From NCBI GenBank assembly GCA_951406725.2, contig OX597815.1, positions 8,370,001 to 8,434,000 on the forward strand: DNA of 64,000 nt. Reading direction: 5' to 3'. Below the pieces are notes generated by a model. The model was not told the origin of the DNA. It searched no databases and saw only the letters and a list, made by a program, of their open reading frames with translations. Positions 1 through 14,882 of this stretch are shown here, piece by piece (position 1 is the stretch's first letter; each line of letters starts with the position of its first letter). Both the position numbers and the translations under genes were made by a program. This DNA is from Octopus vulgaris (Eukaryota).

Positions 1-490
1 ACACTGCTTGTATGGTGGTGACACTCATTTACAACTATCATACAATGTCAAGGCGGGGGGGGGGGGCAGTCACTCTCTCTCTCTCACACACACACACACA
101 AATGGGCCTAGGTTTCTTTCCATGTACCAAATCCACTCACAAGGTTTTGGTTGGCCTGGGGCTACAGTAGAAGACACTTGTCCAAGGTGACATGCAATGG
201 GACTGAACCTGAAACCATTTGGTCGGGAAGCAATCTCCTGACCACACAGCCACACCTGCACCTATAATAAAAACATCTAGCAGCAGCAGTGGTTGTAGTA
301 GTAGTAGTAGCAGTAATCCTCACCATTTGTAATCAATACAATGATTACGGTAGCATTAAGGTGGTTAGACAAGTTCTTCAACTCCCTTAGGTCTATCATC
401 TTAGAGAAATCTACTTTTGTAGATACATAACACATCATTACTACAATAGTAACATCATCCAACGTATAACTTACAAACTCCGAACCTTAC

Positions 491-591
491 CTGGTGTCCA
501 CACATTAAACTCTGGGCAGCCAACATAACAGACTTCATACCAGAAGCACAGACTTTGTTCACGGTTGTGGCCGGAGTTGAGATGGGCAAAC
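491..591 (-). CDS. ACAT1: ACAT1 internal exon containing the catalytic Cys motif
   Basis: Encodes (G)[33 protein letters not shown], with thiolase motif NKVCASG. Flanked by TTTTCTTCCAG acceptor and GTAAGG donor. 101 bp, phase 1 to 0, the size I recall for human ACAT1 exon 5. Confidence 0.95.
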
Positions 592-807
592 CTGGAAGAA
601 AAGAAAATGATGGAGTTAAAGAGAAGCACTGATGAAATCTTGGTTTAAATGAACAATGTGTTGTTGATGCTGTCATTGTTGTAACTGTGTTGCAACTGTA
701 CAGGTGCTTTGCTGGCATTATTGCTTCTATCGCTGCAAACATTATATCACAAACCTCATGGAAAATATCAACTTGATAGATAGTTTATATACATGCATTA
801 TATAAGT

Positions 808-1518
808 ACTAGCACTATGACCCAGCGTTGTCGGGTCTAGTGCTAGTCAACCATATTTGGTCTTTCATGAAAATCCCTATCTCTTGTCATTCATTGGGTC
901 TAATTCCCTGCATTTCTCAAATCAAAAAAGCGTGCACGTTTGAAAGCCAAAACACATAATAATGCGTCTTCACAAAACACAAAAATGTGCAGAGTCATAC
1001 AGACTGTCTGCAAATACGCACATGCATCCAACTGTCAGGTGCAAAATTATCTCCGTCCAATCAAAAAACAGACATTTTGCCATTTATAGATATAGAGATT
1101 TTAAGCAAACGTTTAGAAATTCTCTGGGAAACTGTAAAATCCAGAAATCCGGGACAGTTCTGGTCCTAAATTGGATAAATTGGTCTGGTACAGTATTGAG
1201 GTGTGATACATAACAAAGGGAGGGAAATGCAGAGTTTTAAAGAGTTATTTCCCTAGTTATGGTTTAATATCTTTAGATTAAACTGCTGGAGTTACGTCCC
1301 TTGTATTAAAGACTTTTGTTACCTAAAACATAAGGGGTTGGTTTATCGATTTTTTTAAATGGCTTTCAGTGGTAACTGGGGAAATGAAATGATCTTCACA
1401 ACCACCCTTGGACAGTTTTGAATAACCATAGAAAGTGTGAGCCCTCTCACTGAAAAATTGTGGATTTGTATAAAGGATACACACACACACAGACATTTTG
1501 CCATTTATATATATAGAG
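808..1518. mobile_element. Helitron/Helentron-like non-autonomous element
   Basis: Begins ACTAGCACTATGACCC and ends TTTATATATATAG. Related copies at about 8724-9115, 9121-9520 and 24386-24695. Confidence 0.45.
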
Positions 1519-2873
1519 AGATATAAGGACTAAATATAGATATTATACATGAATTACATCAGTGTGTGTGTTTATGAAGAGGTACTGGAAAGTTCCTAGC
1601 TTTAAGACTATTGTGAAAGGCCTGGTTGGAGATTCAAGCTTCTGAGTTTTACAGGGCTTAGAAAAAACTGAAAGACCACTGCAATTTGTGTGTGAATCTG
1701 TGAGGGGAACATGTTGAATAAAATCATAATTAACTGATCCTCCTGTATTTTCTCATACCCAAAGCCAGGACCTTTCAGCAACCCCTCGTACATATCATTA
1801 TCATTTACTGGCCACTTTTTCATGGTTCAGAGGGGGTTTACCGAGACAGATTTTCTGTGGTTGCATACTCTCTTGGACATGCTGCCTTGTGAATATATTC
1901 TGGCCCCTCATCATCAACTTATCTTTCCTTCACACCATTCTGTCCACCTGGCTTCCATGCCAGTGGCACTTAAAAGGCACCATTTGAGCATGATCGTTAC
2001 CAGCATCACCCTACTGGCACTCGAGCCCCATGCTTGTAGGGTATTAAGAGCACCATCCGAGCATGATCATTGCCAGAGTGGCTATCTGACCTCTGTGCCG
2101 GTGGCACATAAAAGACACCATTCGAGCGTGATCGTTACCAGCATCGCCATACTGGCACCTGTGCCGGTGGCATGGGTAAAAGATTTGAGCGAGGTCGTTG
2201 TCAGTACCGCCTGACTGGCCCCGTGCCAGTGGCACGTAAAAACCACCCACTACGCTCTCAGAGTGGTTGGCATTAGGAAGGGCATCCAGCTGTAGAAACT
2301 CTGCCAGATCAAGATTGGAGCCTGGTGCAGCCATCTGGTTCGCCAGCCCTCAGTCAAAATCGTCCAACCCATGCCAGCATGGAAAGCGGACGTTAAACGA
2401 TGATGATGATGATGATATAAAAAAAACTGAGAATGTTTGTCTGTCTGTCTGTGTCTGTATGTGTGCATCACTAAAACTCAAGAACTACCCAACTGATTTC
2501 ATTCAAATTTTACACATGCCTTACTTACGGTCCATGGAGTGTCATAGGGCAAAAAAATTTTTAACTTCTTACCTAATGCAAGCCCGGAGCAATCTCTTAT
2601 CTCTTACACTATTTTAGTATTACGTGTCAAAAGTGAAACCATAACATCTCTTAGAAAATTACTATTTTTAAATCTCACAATGAGAGATATTCACCAACAG
2701 TACTTTGGAATAAAGATCGTTTGCCAACATAACATAGCAGTCCTGGTTTAGGACGAAAGTTGCTGTAATTTAGCCCCAGGAGACATCATCTCCAGCTGGC
2801 TATATGACACAATCTGTAGCCTTATATTTTCAAACAAGGGAATCTAGCACCCCCCACTCAGCTCAAAACAATA

Positions 2874-2918
2874 TCTGTGTATTGCGATTTCTGGGTTATT
2901 TCTCCTCATCAGCACAGA
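2874..2918 (-). ncRNA. Inverted, slightly decayed copy of the 2939 hammerhead
   Basis: TCTGTG-CTGATGA-ggagaaataaccca-GAAA-TCGCAA-TA-CACAGA on the minus strand. Stem II is weakened. Confidence 0.6.
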
Positions 2919-2938
2919 CTAATTAACCGAACAATTAT

Positions 2939-2983
2939 TCTGTGCTGATGAAGGGAAATAACCCGGAAATCGCGATACACAGA
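2939..2983 (+). ncRNA. Minimal type I hammerhead ribozyme motif
   Basis: TCTGTG-CTGATGA-aGGGaaataaCCCg-GAAA-TCGCGA-TA-CACAGA. 6-bp stem I, palindromic stem III, AUA cleavage triplet. Confidence 0.8.
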
Positions 2984-4031
2984 TATTGTTCTGAGCTGAG
3001 TGGGGGTGCTAGATTCCCTTGTTCGAAAATATAAGGGCACGGATCGTGTTGTATAGCCAGTTGGAGACGATGTCTCCAGGGGCTAAATTACAGCAACATT
3101 TGTCCTAAACCAGGACTGCCATGTTATGTTGGCAAACAATCTTTACTCCGTAACATCTCTATTGGAATGTGAGAAACTTCCAGTTTAATAGTTTCATTAT
3201 TAATACTGAAACTTGTAAAGTGAAACTATTATCTCATATATACATGCATACATACATGTATATATATAAATTTGACATGAGCGATTCTTTCTTGTTTGGG
3301 ATTCACAGTCAAACAGCTGGGTGGAATTGCACGAAAAATTACACATGTGTAGAATGATCTGGTGGTGATGCTGGGCCTTGTATTTTTTCATAGCTCCCAT
3401 GGTTACTGAGATAATCTATTATAATAATACTTTTGTGTTTATGAATGAGAAAGGAAAGGGTGATAGATGAATAAGGAAAGAAGGGGTGATATCATACTTG
3501 GTAGTGGGATGATGAAAATTGTACACTGAAAAAATAAATCAAACAGCGTTTCAACTCTGTGTGAATATATGTGTATGTAAAAAGGGGGTATGTGAATGTG
3601 CGTGTGTGTGTGTGTATGTATGTGTGTGTGTGTGCATACACAATGGAAGTGGGATGGTTCATCTTTGTTTACTTAGTATTTGGGTTTTTTTTTTATTTGG
3701 TTGAAACTTGGTTGGTATTTTTTTGCTGGTCAATTATTTTTAGCATTCTGACAGAAAAAAGTCATTCTAAAATTGTTTTTTAACATAAGCGTTCCCAAAC
3801 AACTTGAATGCTTACACAGAGCAGGTTTTACAGCCACATCATCCAAACCGATTGGGTGAAACTGGGCTTAGCTGTTAGTACATATATATATGCATATGTA
3901 TATATGTATGTATGCATACATGTATATGTGTGTGTATATATATATATATATATATACATACATGTATATATATAAATTTATGTGTATATATGTGTGTGTA
4001 CATATGTATATGTGTATATAAATATACATGT

Positions 4032-4070
<39 letters not shown>

Positions 4071-4430
4071 CATATATGTACATACATCTATACGACACGA
4101 TCTGTGTCTTCATATTTTTGAACAAGGGAATCTAGGACCCCCACTCAGCTCAAAGCAATATCTGTGTATCGCGATTTCCAGGTTATATATATATATCTAT
4201 ATATGCATATGTGAGCACAGGACGTCACAAAATATGTACAACAAAAAATATGAAGTACGATTACATGGAATATGAACTATGTTTTTGAAGAACGAAAAAC
4301 ACAAATGGAAAACAAGACAAACAACATAAAGATGAACGACCCTTCATCAGTTGTTGGCACTTTCTCTACTCTTGTATCTTGAGCATGCACACTCTACACG
4401 ATCTTTTTACTCTTTCGTTTTTTGCTGTTG

Positions 4431-4461
<31 letters not shown>

Positions 4462-4466
4462 GTGTA

Positions 4467-4497
<31 letters not shown>

Positions 4498-4530
4498 GTG
4501 TATATATATATGTATGTATGTATGTGTGTA

Positions 4531-4566
<36 letters not shown>

Positions 4567-5017
4567 TGCATGTATGTGTGTGTATGTTTGTGCATCTGTC
4601 TTTGTCACCCCATTGACAACCAATGCTAGTGTATTTACGTCCCCCGTAACGTAGCGGTTTGGCAAAAGAGACCGATAGAATAAGTCCTGGGGTCGATTTG
4701 CTTGACTAAAGGCGGCGCTCCAGCATGGTCGCAGTCAAATGACTGAAACAAGTTAAAGAATAAAAGATATATATATATATATATCAAGTGTAGTAAGGAA
4801 AGTGTTAAAATTATTTTGGTGGTGTTTCTGTACCAATATTACCCACAATTCCTATTATAATAGACACAAATGTTGCCAATATTCTCCACATTCCTGGTAT
4901 TTCTAATTCCAGTTCTGTGTTTTGTACACAAGGTCTTCTGCACATGGCTCAAATGCATTTCAGTTAAATGGTATAAAAACACCACCCATGGGCCTGGTGC
5001 TACTTGTTCTGGGTTAT

Positions 5018-5133
5018 TATTCTTTGTAAGCCCAGTACTTATTCTATCAGTCTCTTTTGCCGAACCGCTAAGTGACAGGGACGTAAACACACCAGCATCG
5101 GTTGTCAAGCAATGCTAGGGGGACAAACACAGA

Positions 5134-5164
<31 letters not shown>

Positions 5165-5501
5165 CATATATACGACAGGCTTCTTTCAGTTTCCGTCTAC
5201 CAAATCCACTCACAAGGCATTTGGTCGGCCCGGGGCTATAGCAGAAGACACTTGCCCAAGATGCCACGCAGTGGGACTGGACCCAGAACCATGTGGTTGG
5301 TTAGCAAGCTACTTACCACACAGCCACTCCTGCGCCTATGACGGGCTTCTTTCAGTTTCCGTCTACCAAATCCACTCACAAGGCTTTGGTCGGCCCGGGG
5401 CTATAGCAGAAGACACTTGCCCAAGATGCCCCGCAGTGGGACTGAACCCGGAACCATGTGGTTGGTTAGCAAGCTACTTACCACACAGCCACTCCTGCGC
5501 C
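5018..5501 (-). mobile_element. SINE family A with tandemly duplicated head
   Basis: About 165-bp head repeated (about 5172-5337 and 5340-5501). Confidence 0.8.
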
Positions 5502-5711
5502 TCTGCATTTTCATGCAAAAAGATATTCAGCTTGTTAGGATAGAAAACATCAACTGAGCATCAACAATCTCAATACCAAGACGAAATGCTTGCAACAAAG
5601 TGTATTTCTGCCAAAAGCACTCAAAGGCTTCCATACAATTTCCATATAACAAAATTCATTCACACTTCCGTGGTGAAAGACAACCAAGGTGTTGTGTAGT
5701 GGGACTGATCA

Positions 5712-5935
5712 CAAATTACAGAGGTATCAAGCAGTTGGATCAGGTAATGAAGGTCACGGAGAGGGTCATAGCCCAACTAATTAGGGAGAGAGTCAGTTTG
5801 GTTGAGATGCAGTTCGGGTTTTGTTCCGGGTAGAAGCACCACAGATGCTATATTCCTGGTTCGACAACTGCAGGGGAAATACCTAGCTAAAGATAAACCC
5901 CTCTACTTAGCTTTTGTGGGCTTGGAGAAAGCCGT
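5712..5935 (+). mobile_element. RTE RT fragment
   Basis: NYRGIKQLDQVMKV and GFVPGRSTTDAIFLVRQLQGKY..LYLAFVGLEKA. Confidence 0.85.
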
Positions 5936-6237
5936 AAACTCCTTATTGTATACAGTGCTCAGGTGCACCATAACTTTTAGATTATAAAGAATCAAATGCA
6001 TGTGCAAACACGAACACAGGTGTATATATATGTATATATGTGTATGTGTGTGTATACATATACATACAAAAAAGAACGCTTCCAAATATATGATGTATAT
6101 ATACACACACACTTCCTTCTGTTCTGCTAACTTAATCAAACAGCTTAACAAAGTAGGTGTGAATATATATATATATATATATACAGAGAGAGAGATTCAC
6201 ACCTGCTATATATATATAGCAAGTTATATAAATATAC

Positions 6238-6303
<66 letters not shown>

Positions 6304-6317
6304 CAGGTGTGAATCTC

Positions 6318-6367
<50 letters not shown>

Positions 6368-6369
6368 TT

Positions 6370-6422
<53 letters not shown>

Positions 6423-6434
6423 TTATATAACCTG

Positions 6435-6466
<32 letters not shown>

Positions 6467-6805
6467 TTTAGCATCCGATTTCCATGCTAGCATTCACACC
6501 TGCTATATATAAATATATATAAAATTTACTTTGACTGATCTAGTAACCTGTTACTCTGGAATTTGCCCAAAGATGCAGCCGGACGCATTCATACACGCAC
6601 AACAGAGACAAAGAGATATTTCTCATCTTTTTAAATTATATATCTAGGTCACCTGTCTGGGGTGTGAAAGTCATAAGGTTATAAAGAAAAATATAGACAT
6701 GTAAGTATGTATGTATGCATGTGTGTGTGTGCATGGACGTGCACACATACACACAGATATATACATCATACATGAATACACATAAAAACAGGAAGGACCC
6801 AACTA

Positions 6806-6883
<78 letters not shown>

Positions 6884-7236
6884 CAATTGAGTGAAACTAC
6901 ACACTGATTGGTCAGAATACAGTTTGCAAAACCCAGCACTCTGGAGCCTACCCAGCTGTATTTATAGCACAGAATCAATCATCTTGCTACAGTCAAAAAT
7001 TGTGAAGCATGACTGTCAACACTACCACATGAACCCGAAGATTGCAGAATTCAATGCATGAAAGTACTAGTTCAATCAGAATGAACATTTAACATTCTAC
7101 TATTTCATTTTATTTTATTCAATTATAATATATTATCTTATAATATATCATTATAAGATTGTAAATAAAACGTGAAAATCAGACAAGGTTGGAATTCCTT
7201 TTATTAATATATTCTTCTATACACAATCACACACAC

Positions 7237-8723
<1,487 letters not shown>

Positions 8724-9681
8724 ACTAGCAGTATCGCCCGGCATTGCTCGTGTTTGTAAGGTAAATAACTATATAAGCATTTTTAGAGATGTAAAGTATA
8801 ATAGCCATGGCTAACCACAAAGGAAGGGGGTGTTACTGTAGCTTTTTCCGTTCTGAGATTTAATAATAAATTTTTAGAGAGTTACTTCCCTTATATATAT
8901 GCCAAAAATGCATTAAAAATGGGAAAAAATGATGGTAATTTTTTTTTTAAATCGTAGACTCAGCGTAGACGCGCGCTAATACCCAGAAGGGCTCGATATG
9001 AATCACGACTATAAGATACCCGGTTTTGGTTAAACTGCACTGCAAAATGTGGGAGTAGTTAGGAATCTAAATCGTAGGAGACAGACAGCACACAACCTTA
9101 CTTTTATATATAAAGATAACACTAGCAGTATCACCTGGCATTGCTTGGGTTTGTTTCGACCTTTTAGAATTGGAATTTTTGAAAAGTAAAAAATTTGCAT
9201 TATGTAGCTTGTTATTCTCTTTAAGTGAACATTTTTCTGGTTGAAATACACCAAGAAATGGCAACACAGCAGTCAAAAATTTATAAAAAAACAGGGATTT
9301 TCATAGAAAAAAAAGCACGCTTTTGATGTAAATAATTTTTGGTGTTAACATGGTACAATTTGAATTTTTTTTTTCTACGGAATGAAGAGCAAGCCTTCTT
9401 CTATCATACTCTCAATTTTGGTCAACTTGCGCTGCAGGGTCTCGGAGGAGATTGTGTTAGTTGAAGGCTACCAAACCTGCCAGACACAGACAACTTTAGC
9501 TTTATATATATATATAGATATATATAGTAATATAATAATAAGAGTAAATAATTTCTATAATGGTTTTTAAAAAAAGACCACAATTATTTACTGGTAGAAT
9601 TCGGTATGTAAATATAGCCGATTAATGGTAGGAACTTCTGTAAAGTTCAGTATATATATATATATATAAGAAAAAAGGGAC

Positions 9682-9809
9682 AGGCAACAGGTTGCTTGAC
9701 TGCATACCGAAAGAGTAGAAATAGCAGTCAAGAATGCTTGAAAATAGAAATAAGCATTCTTGACTGCTATTTCTACTTTTTCGGTATGCGGTCAAGCAAC
9801 CTGTTGCCT
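9682..9809. repeat. Hairpin/inverted repeat with about 58-bp arms
   Basis: AGGCAACAGGTTGCTTGAC...AATGCTT and AAGCATT...GTCAAGCAACCTGTTGCCT, with a loop of about 12 nt, between TA tracts. Confidence 0.9.
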
Positions 9810-10694
9810 CTATATATATATATATATATATACACATATATATACACACACACATACATAAAGAGCGAGAGAGAAGGGGGGTGAGAGGGATGAAATATTA
9901 TACTTTCTCTTTGTTCTATGTAATGAATCTATTGGCTCCCAGCCTGAATTCTTAATATCTCTTGTATTTATATAACTATTGTTAACACTACCTCCATCAC
10001 ATGCCACTATCACAGGTATATATATAATTAACTCGCAAAGATAATGTCAAGTAAGGTGGAGGCAAGGCTGTGAGGTACAGGTGTAGCTGTGTGGTTGAGG
10101 AACTTGCTTTCGAACCATGTAGCTCCAGGTTCAATCCCGCTGTGAGGCACCTCGTAAAAGTGTCTTCTATTTAAGCCTCGTGAATGCATTTAGTAGATTG
10201 GAAACTGAAAGAAGCCCATTGTATACCATCATCATTTAATGTCTATTTTCCATGTTGGTAATGGGTTGAATGATCCAACAGGATCTGTTTGACACTCAAT
10301 TATGATGATGAGGGTTCCCAGTTGATCCGATCAACGGAACAGCCAGCTCGTGAAATTATCATGCAAGTGGTTGAGTACTCCACAGACAGGCATACTAGTA
10401 ACATATTTCTCGGGGCGGGTCACTGTGACATAGAGTGTGACAAGGTTGGCCCTTTGAAATACGGGTACTACTCATTTTTGCTAGGTCAGTGGACTGGAGC
10501 AACATGAAGTAAAGTGTCTTGTCCAAGGACACGTTGTTGCCATGTCTCAAACTTACCCCCTTATGATCTTCGGTCAAATACCCTAACCCTTTAGCTATAC
10601 GCCTTCATATGACAGTACAGGATCTGACTGGCTGAAGGACTTTGTTGGATTTCAATGTCAGCTGGGCACGGTTCCTACAGCTATGTACATATGT

Positions 10695-10726
<32 letters not shown>

Positions 10727-11092
10727 TCCTCTCGTCTTGGCATCATGTGATGGTTGTAAATGAGTTTCCCTGTCATACAAGCAATGTCGTTTGTTTCCAG
10801 TTTTCTGTAAAATATCAGGCCAGTTGTGTTTTAACTTGGATGTTGTTTTAAATCTTAAGTTCCACTAAATATTCTTTGGAGTCTCAATATAATGAACATT
10901 GTCTGTTGGTCATTTCCGTCCTCTTATTCTGTTCCGCATTGTTCAGGCCATTGCATCATAATTAATGAGAAGATTATAGAAGATACTGTTTGCGTGCGCA
11001 TGTGTTTGTGTATGTGTATGTGAATGTACGTATGGATGGATGTGTGTGTGTGTGTGTGTGCTCCTCTCGTCTTGACATCATGTGATGGTTAA

Positions 11093-11715
11093 AATAATAA
11101 TAATAATAATAATGAAATTATTGTATACAGTGCTCAGGTGCACCACAACTTGTCAGGAAGTGTGCATAAAGCATATGCAGTAATGTACAAATGTCTGGGA
11201 AGTGAACAGTGTATGAGTCAGATACATGCTTGCGTGTGTATGGAGGGGAGAAAATCTGGTGTAGTGTTGGTGAATCTCAGGAAGCATGGAAGTTTTGAAG
11301 GATGCAGTGCTCCGACAACTAACAACTGATGCTGGCAGTTTGTTCCATGCTTCAGCAACTCATAGTGTGAAAAAATGTTTCCTGAAGTCATGGGAGCTGT
11401 GCTGTTTTCGGACTTTGTAAATATGTCCACGGGTGGAGTTTGAAAAGGTGCTCAGAGTTATTGTTTGTAAGATGGTTAGTAATTTTATGGGTGTCTGCCA
11501 AGTCAGCTGCCAGATGTCGGAGTTTCAATGTGTCCATGCCTAGGGAAGTAAGGCATTCAGAATATGGCAAATGCCTGATGGAGAGTATTCTTTTGGTCGC
11601 ACGTCGCTGAACGGCTTCCAGACGATTAACATCCTAGGCAAGATAGGGGTTCCAGACCGGTGATGCAAATTCCAGGTGAGGTCTTACCATAGCTATATAA
11701 AGCCGCAGATAGATA
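11093..11715 (-). mobile_element. Degenerate CR1/L2-like LINE 3' end
   Basis: Minus-strand translation YIAMVRPHLEFASPVWNPYLA*DVNRLEAVQRRATKRI. (ATT)n tail. Confidence 0.75.
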
Positions 11716-11991
11716 GAGTGTAAATGAGTGTCACTGTCATACAAGTAACATCATGTTTCCAGTTTTCTTGAAAAAAAAAAGATAAAAAAACAACTCGTCT
11801 GCTTATGGGAAACAGGAGAGAATGGGCCTCAGGCTGTAGAAAATCTGTCTCAAAAAACTTTGTCTGACCCATGCAACTTGGGAAAAGTAAATGATAAGAT
11901 GATGGTAATGCAGTTACAGGATCTAATAGGTCACCGCTATTAACGTTCCTACTAATATTACTATTTGTGTGTGTATGTATCCAGATATATA

Positions 11992-12317
11992 GGAGCACTC
12001 CGTCAGTTACGACGACGAGGGTCCCAGCTGATACGATCAACGGAACAGCTTGCTCGTGAAATTAACGTGCAAATGGCTGAGCACTCCACAGACACGTGTA
12101 CCCTTAACGTAGTTCTCAGGGAGATTTAGCGTGACACAGAGTGTGACAAGGCCGGCCCTTTGAAATACAGGTACAACTCATTTTTGCCAGCTGAGTGGAC
12201 TGGAGCAACGTGGAATAAAGTGTCTTGCTCAAGGACACAACGCATCGCCAGGAATCGAACTCACAACCTTACAATCGTCAGCCGAATGCCCTAACCACTA
12301 AGCCATGCGCCTTCACT
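11992..12317 (-). mobile_element. SINE family C variant
   Basis: 16-bp TSD TGTATCCAGATATATA (11976-11991, 12318-12333). Confidence 0.8.
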
Positions 12318-13563
12318 TGTATCCAGATATATACATACAGGGGTTGGACAAAATAATGGAAACACCTAGCATCATACCATCATAATTTTGAAATATCTAT
12401 AAAATTATCAACGTATCTCGCCTCCAAAGATTTGGCTGCTATTTCCAGCATACCCTGCTGCCATGTAACAGCTATTTGCAATAAAGGATCCAAAATACCT
12501 GTTATGTGGTAGCAGGCTGTGCAAGAAATAGCAGCCAAAACCTTTCCTTTTCCAGGGAAAGGAGCCGTTTACACATGATTTCGATGTCACATTTATTGAA
12601 AGCACGTGAAATAACATGGAAAAGAAAAAAAAACCCACAAAGCAAAACTCCATTGCTGGGAAACTCAGACTTCCCTGGTGACCCTATGGGTCATGGGTAG
12701 TCTAGTTAGTGTTTGTTTGTTTGTCCATGGACAAGATATCTCAAGAACTGCTGCATGGATCTGGATGAAACTTTCAGGGATGTTTGGCCTTGTAACTGGC
12801 GCAGACTGATTAGATTTTGGGATCGATCCGGTACCGGACAAGGATTCTGGATTTTTTTTTTTTCTTTTAACTTAATTTTGAGAGTTCATTTTTGGGTTCA
12901 TTTTTAGCATTCTCATTTGTGAGAGCAGTCGAGTTAATTTCAGATATTCTCATTTTAAAATCATCTCTGGCTAATCATTGCAAGGACATTGGTGTTGCTT
13001 TGGTGGAGGTTTGTGCTCTCTGAGTGCTCTTATTTATTATTGCCATTGTAAGTGTAGTCAAGGTGACAAGCTGGCAAAGTCATTACAATGCTGGACAAAA
13101 TGTTTAACAATATTTCTTCTGACTTTACATTCTAAGTTCAAATGCCACCAATGCTGACTTTAGCCTTCATCCTTTCAGGGTCAATAAAATAAGTACCAGT
13201 TGAGCATTAGGGTCAATGCAATTGATTACCCACTTCCCACAAAATTTCAGGCCCTTCTGATTATAATAGAAAGAATTATTATAAGCTCACATTTTATGAT
13301 TTTAAGCGTAAATTCAAAGTGTTATATACGCAACACTGATTCTTATATATTTATATATTTTTATATGATGTTTATATATTTATATATTATTATATTTTTA
13401 AACGTCGGACTTTATATCTGTTCTGTAGATATAATTTACAAGATAAGGGCAAAAGAAAAATTCTAATGCCAAATATGCCGGAAAAAAAGACAATAATTGT
13501 CAATAACCATTATAATTTATGCGTCTCGAAACAAACCGATAGAAATCTCTAAAAAATTTGTTA

Positions 13564-13625
13564 TTACCGTATTGGTCCTAATTTTGGGGTTAATTCGTAA
13601 GAAATTTTCCCCTCTTCAGCGGCAA
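13564..13625 (-). ncRNA. Decayed type I hammerhead (G12 to A)
   Basis: TTGCCG-CTGAAGA-GGGG...CCCC-aAAA-TTAGGACCAA-TA-CGGTAA. Stems are largely intact but the catalytic G is lost, consistent with CpG decay. Confidence 0.6.
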
Positions 13626-14882
13626 ATATGCGAGATATAAGTGAAATACTTACTCATACCCATGGAAAAAGCAAGCACTAAGTCCCGAGCAGACTTAAGT
13701 GCCCCAAATATATCCAAAATAGAAAAATCTTTGGCACATCTCGAGACACGTGTTCTGTAGATGTGGCACGTAAAAAGCACCCACTACACTCACGGAGTGG
13801 TTGGCGTTAGGAAGGGCATCCAGCCGTAGAAACACTGCCAGATTTGACTGGGCCTGATGAAGCCTTCTGGCTTCACAGACCCCAGTAGAACCGTCCAACC
13901 CATGCTAGCATGGAAAACGGACGCTAAACGATGATGATGATGATGATGATGATGATATGTATGTGTTTGATCTTTCTGTGGATTTTGTAATGTTCCTTTA
14001 GTTGCTGCTCGCATTGCCTCCCCTCGGATTAATAAGTGGTATAAGCACGCTTATTGTGATGGGAGCTATAGTTAAAGACACCATATATTGAATAGAAGAT
14101 GTGTAATACAGGATATGACTCTGGGCAGCCTCAAAAGGGGGCTAAAGCTATGTTGCATGTTAGGGAAGAGAATCAGGATAAATATCGTGTAGTTGGTGTT
14201 AGTGTGAGGGTATCTCTTTTACTCTTTTACTTGTTTCAGTCATTTGACTGCGGCCATGCTGGAGCACCGCCTTTAGTCGAACAAATCGACCCCGGGACTT
14301 ATTCTTTGTAAGCCCAGCACTTATTCTATCGGTCTCTTTTGCCGAACCGCTAAGTGACGGGGACGTAAACACACCAGCATCGGTTGTCAAGCAATGCTAG
14401 GGGGACAAACACAGACGACACAAATACACACACACATACATCATCATCATCATCATCATCGTTTGGCGTCCGTTTTCCATGCTAAGTGACAGGGACGTAA
14501 ACACACCAGCATCGGTTGTCAAGCAATGCTAGGGGGACAAACACAGACACACAAATACACACACACATACATATATATATATATACATATATACGGCAGG
14601 CTTCTTTCAGTTTCCGTCTACCAAATCCACTCACAAGGCATTGGTCGGCCCGGGGCTATAGCAGAAAGGGTAAATCAACATGCATGGTAATATGGTGTTC
14701 AGTCTGAAATGGCAAGTATTCAATGAGAGAAAAGGGAGAAACGAAAGATATACAAGTATATTAGCAAAGAAGTTTAAATATTTACATTTGAGAAGCTTTG
14801 GATATAGGTTGGTTGGAGTAGCAAATTAAGGTGGAATTTATTTTATTGTCATGAGAGAGCTGATGCTTTTGTGTATTTGATT

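Larger units (their letters stand above)
2652..3150. mobile_element. Penelope-like fragment arranged as a long palindrome
   Basis: Arms of about 220 bp (2707-~2925 and ~2933-3149), each with a hammerhead. Flanked by the 10-bp direct repeat TAACATCTCT (2642-2651, 3151-3160). A partial related copy lies at about 4095-4185. Confidence 0.65.

Noticed and set aside
5102-5543. Recurrent ORFs such as LLSVSVYQIHSQG..AEDTCPRCHAVGLNPEP
   Set aside because: Antisense translations of SINE family A, not proteins.
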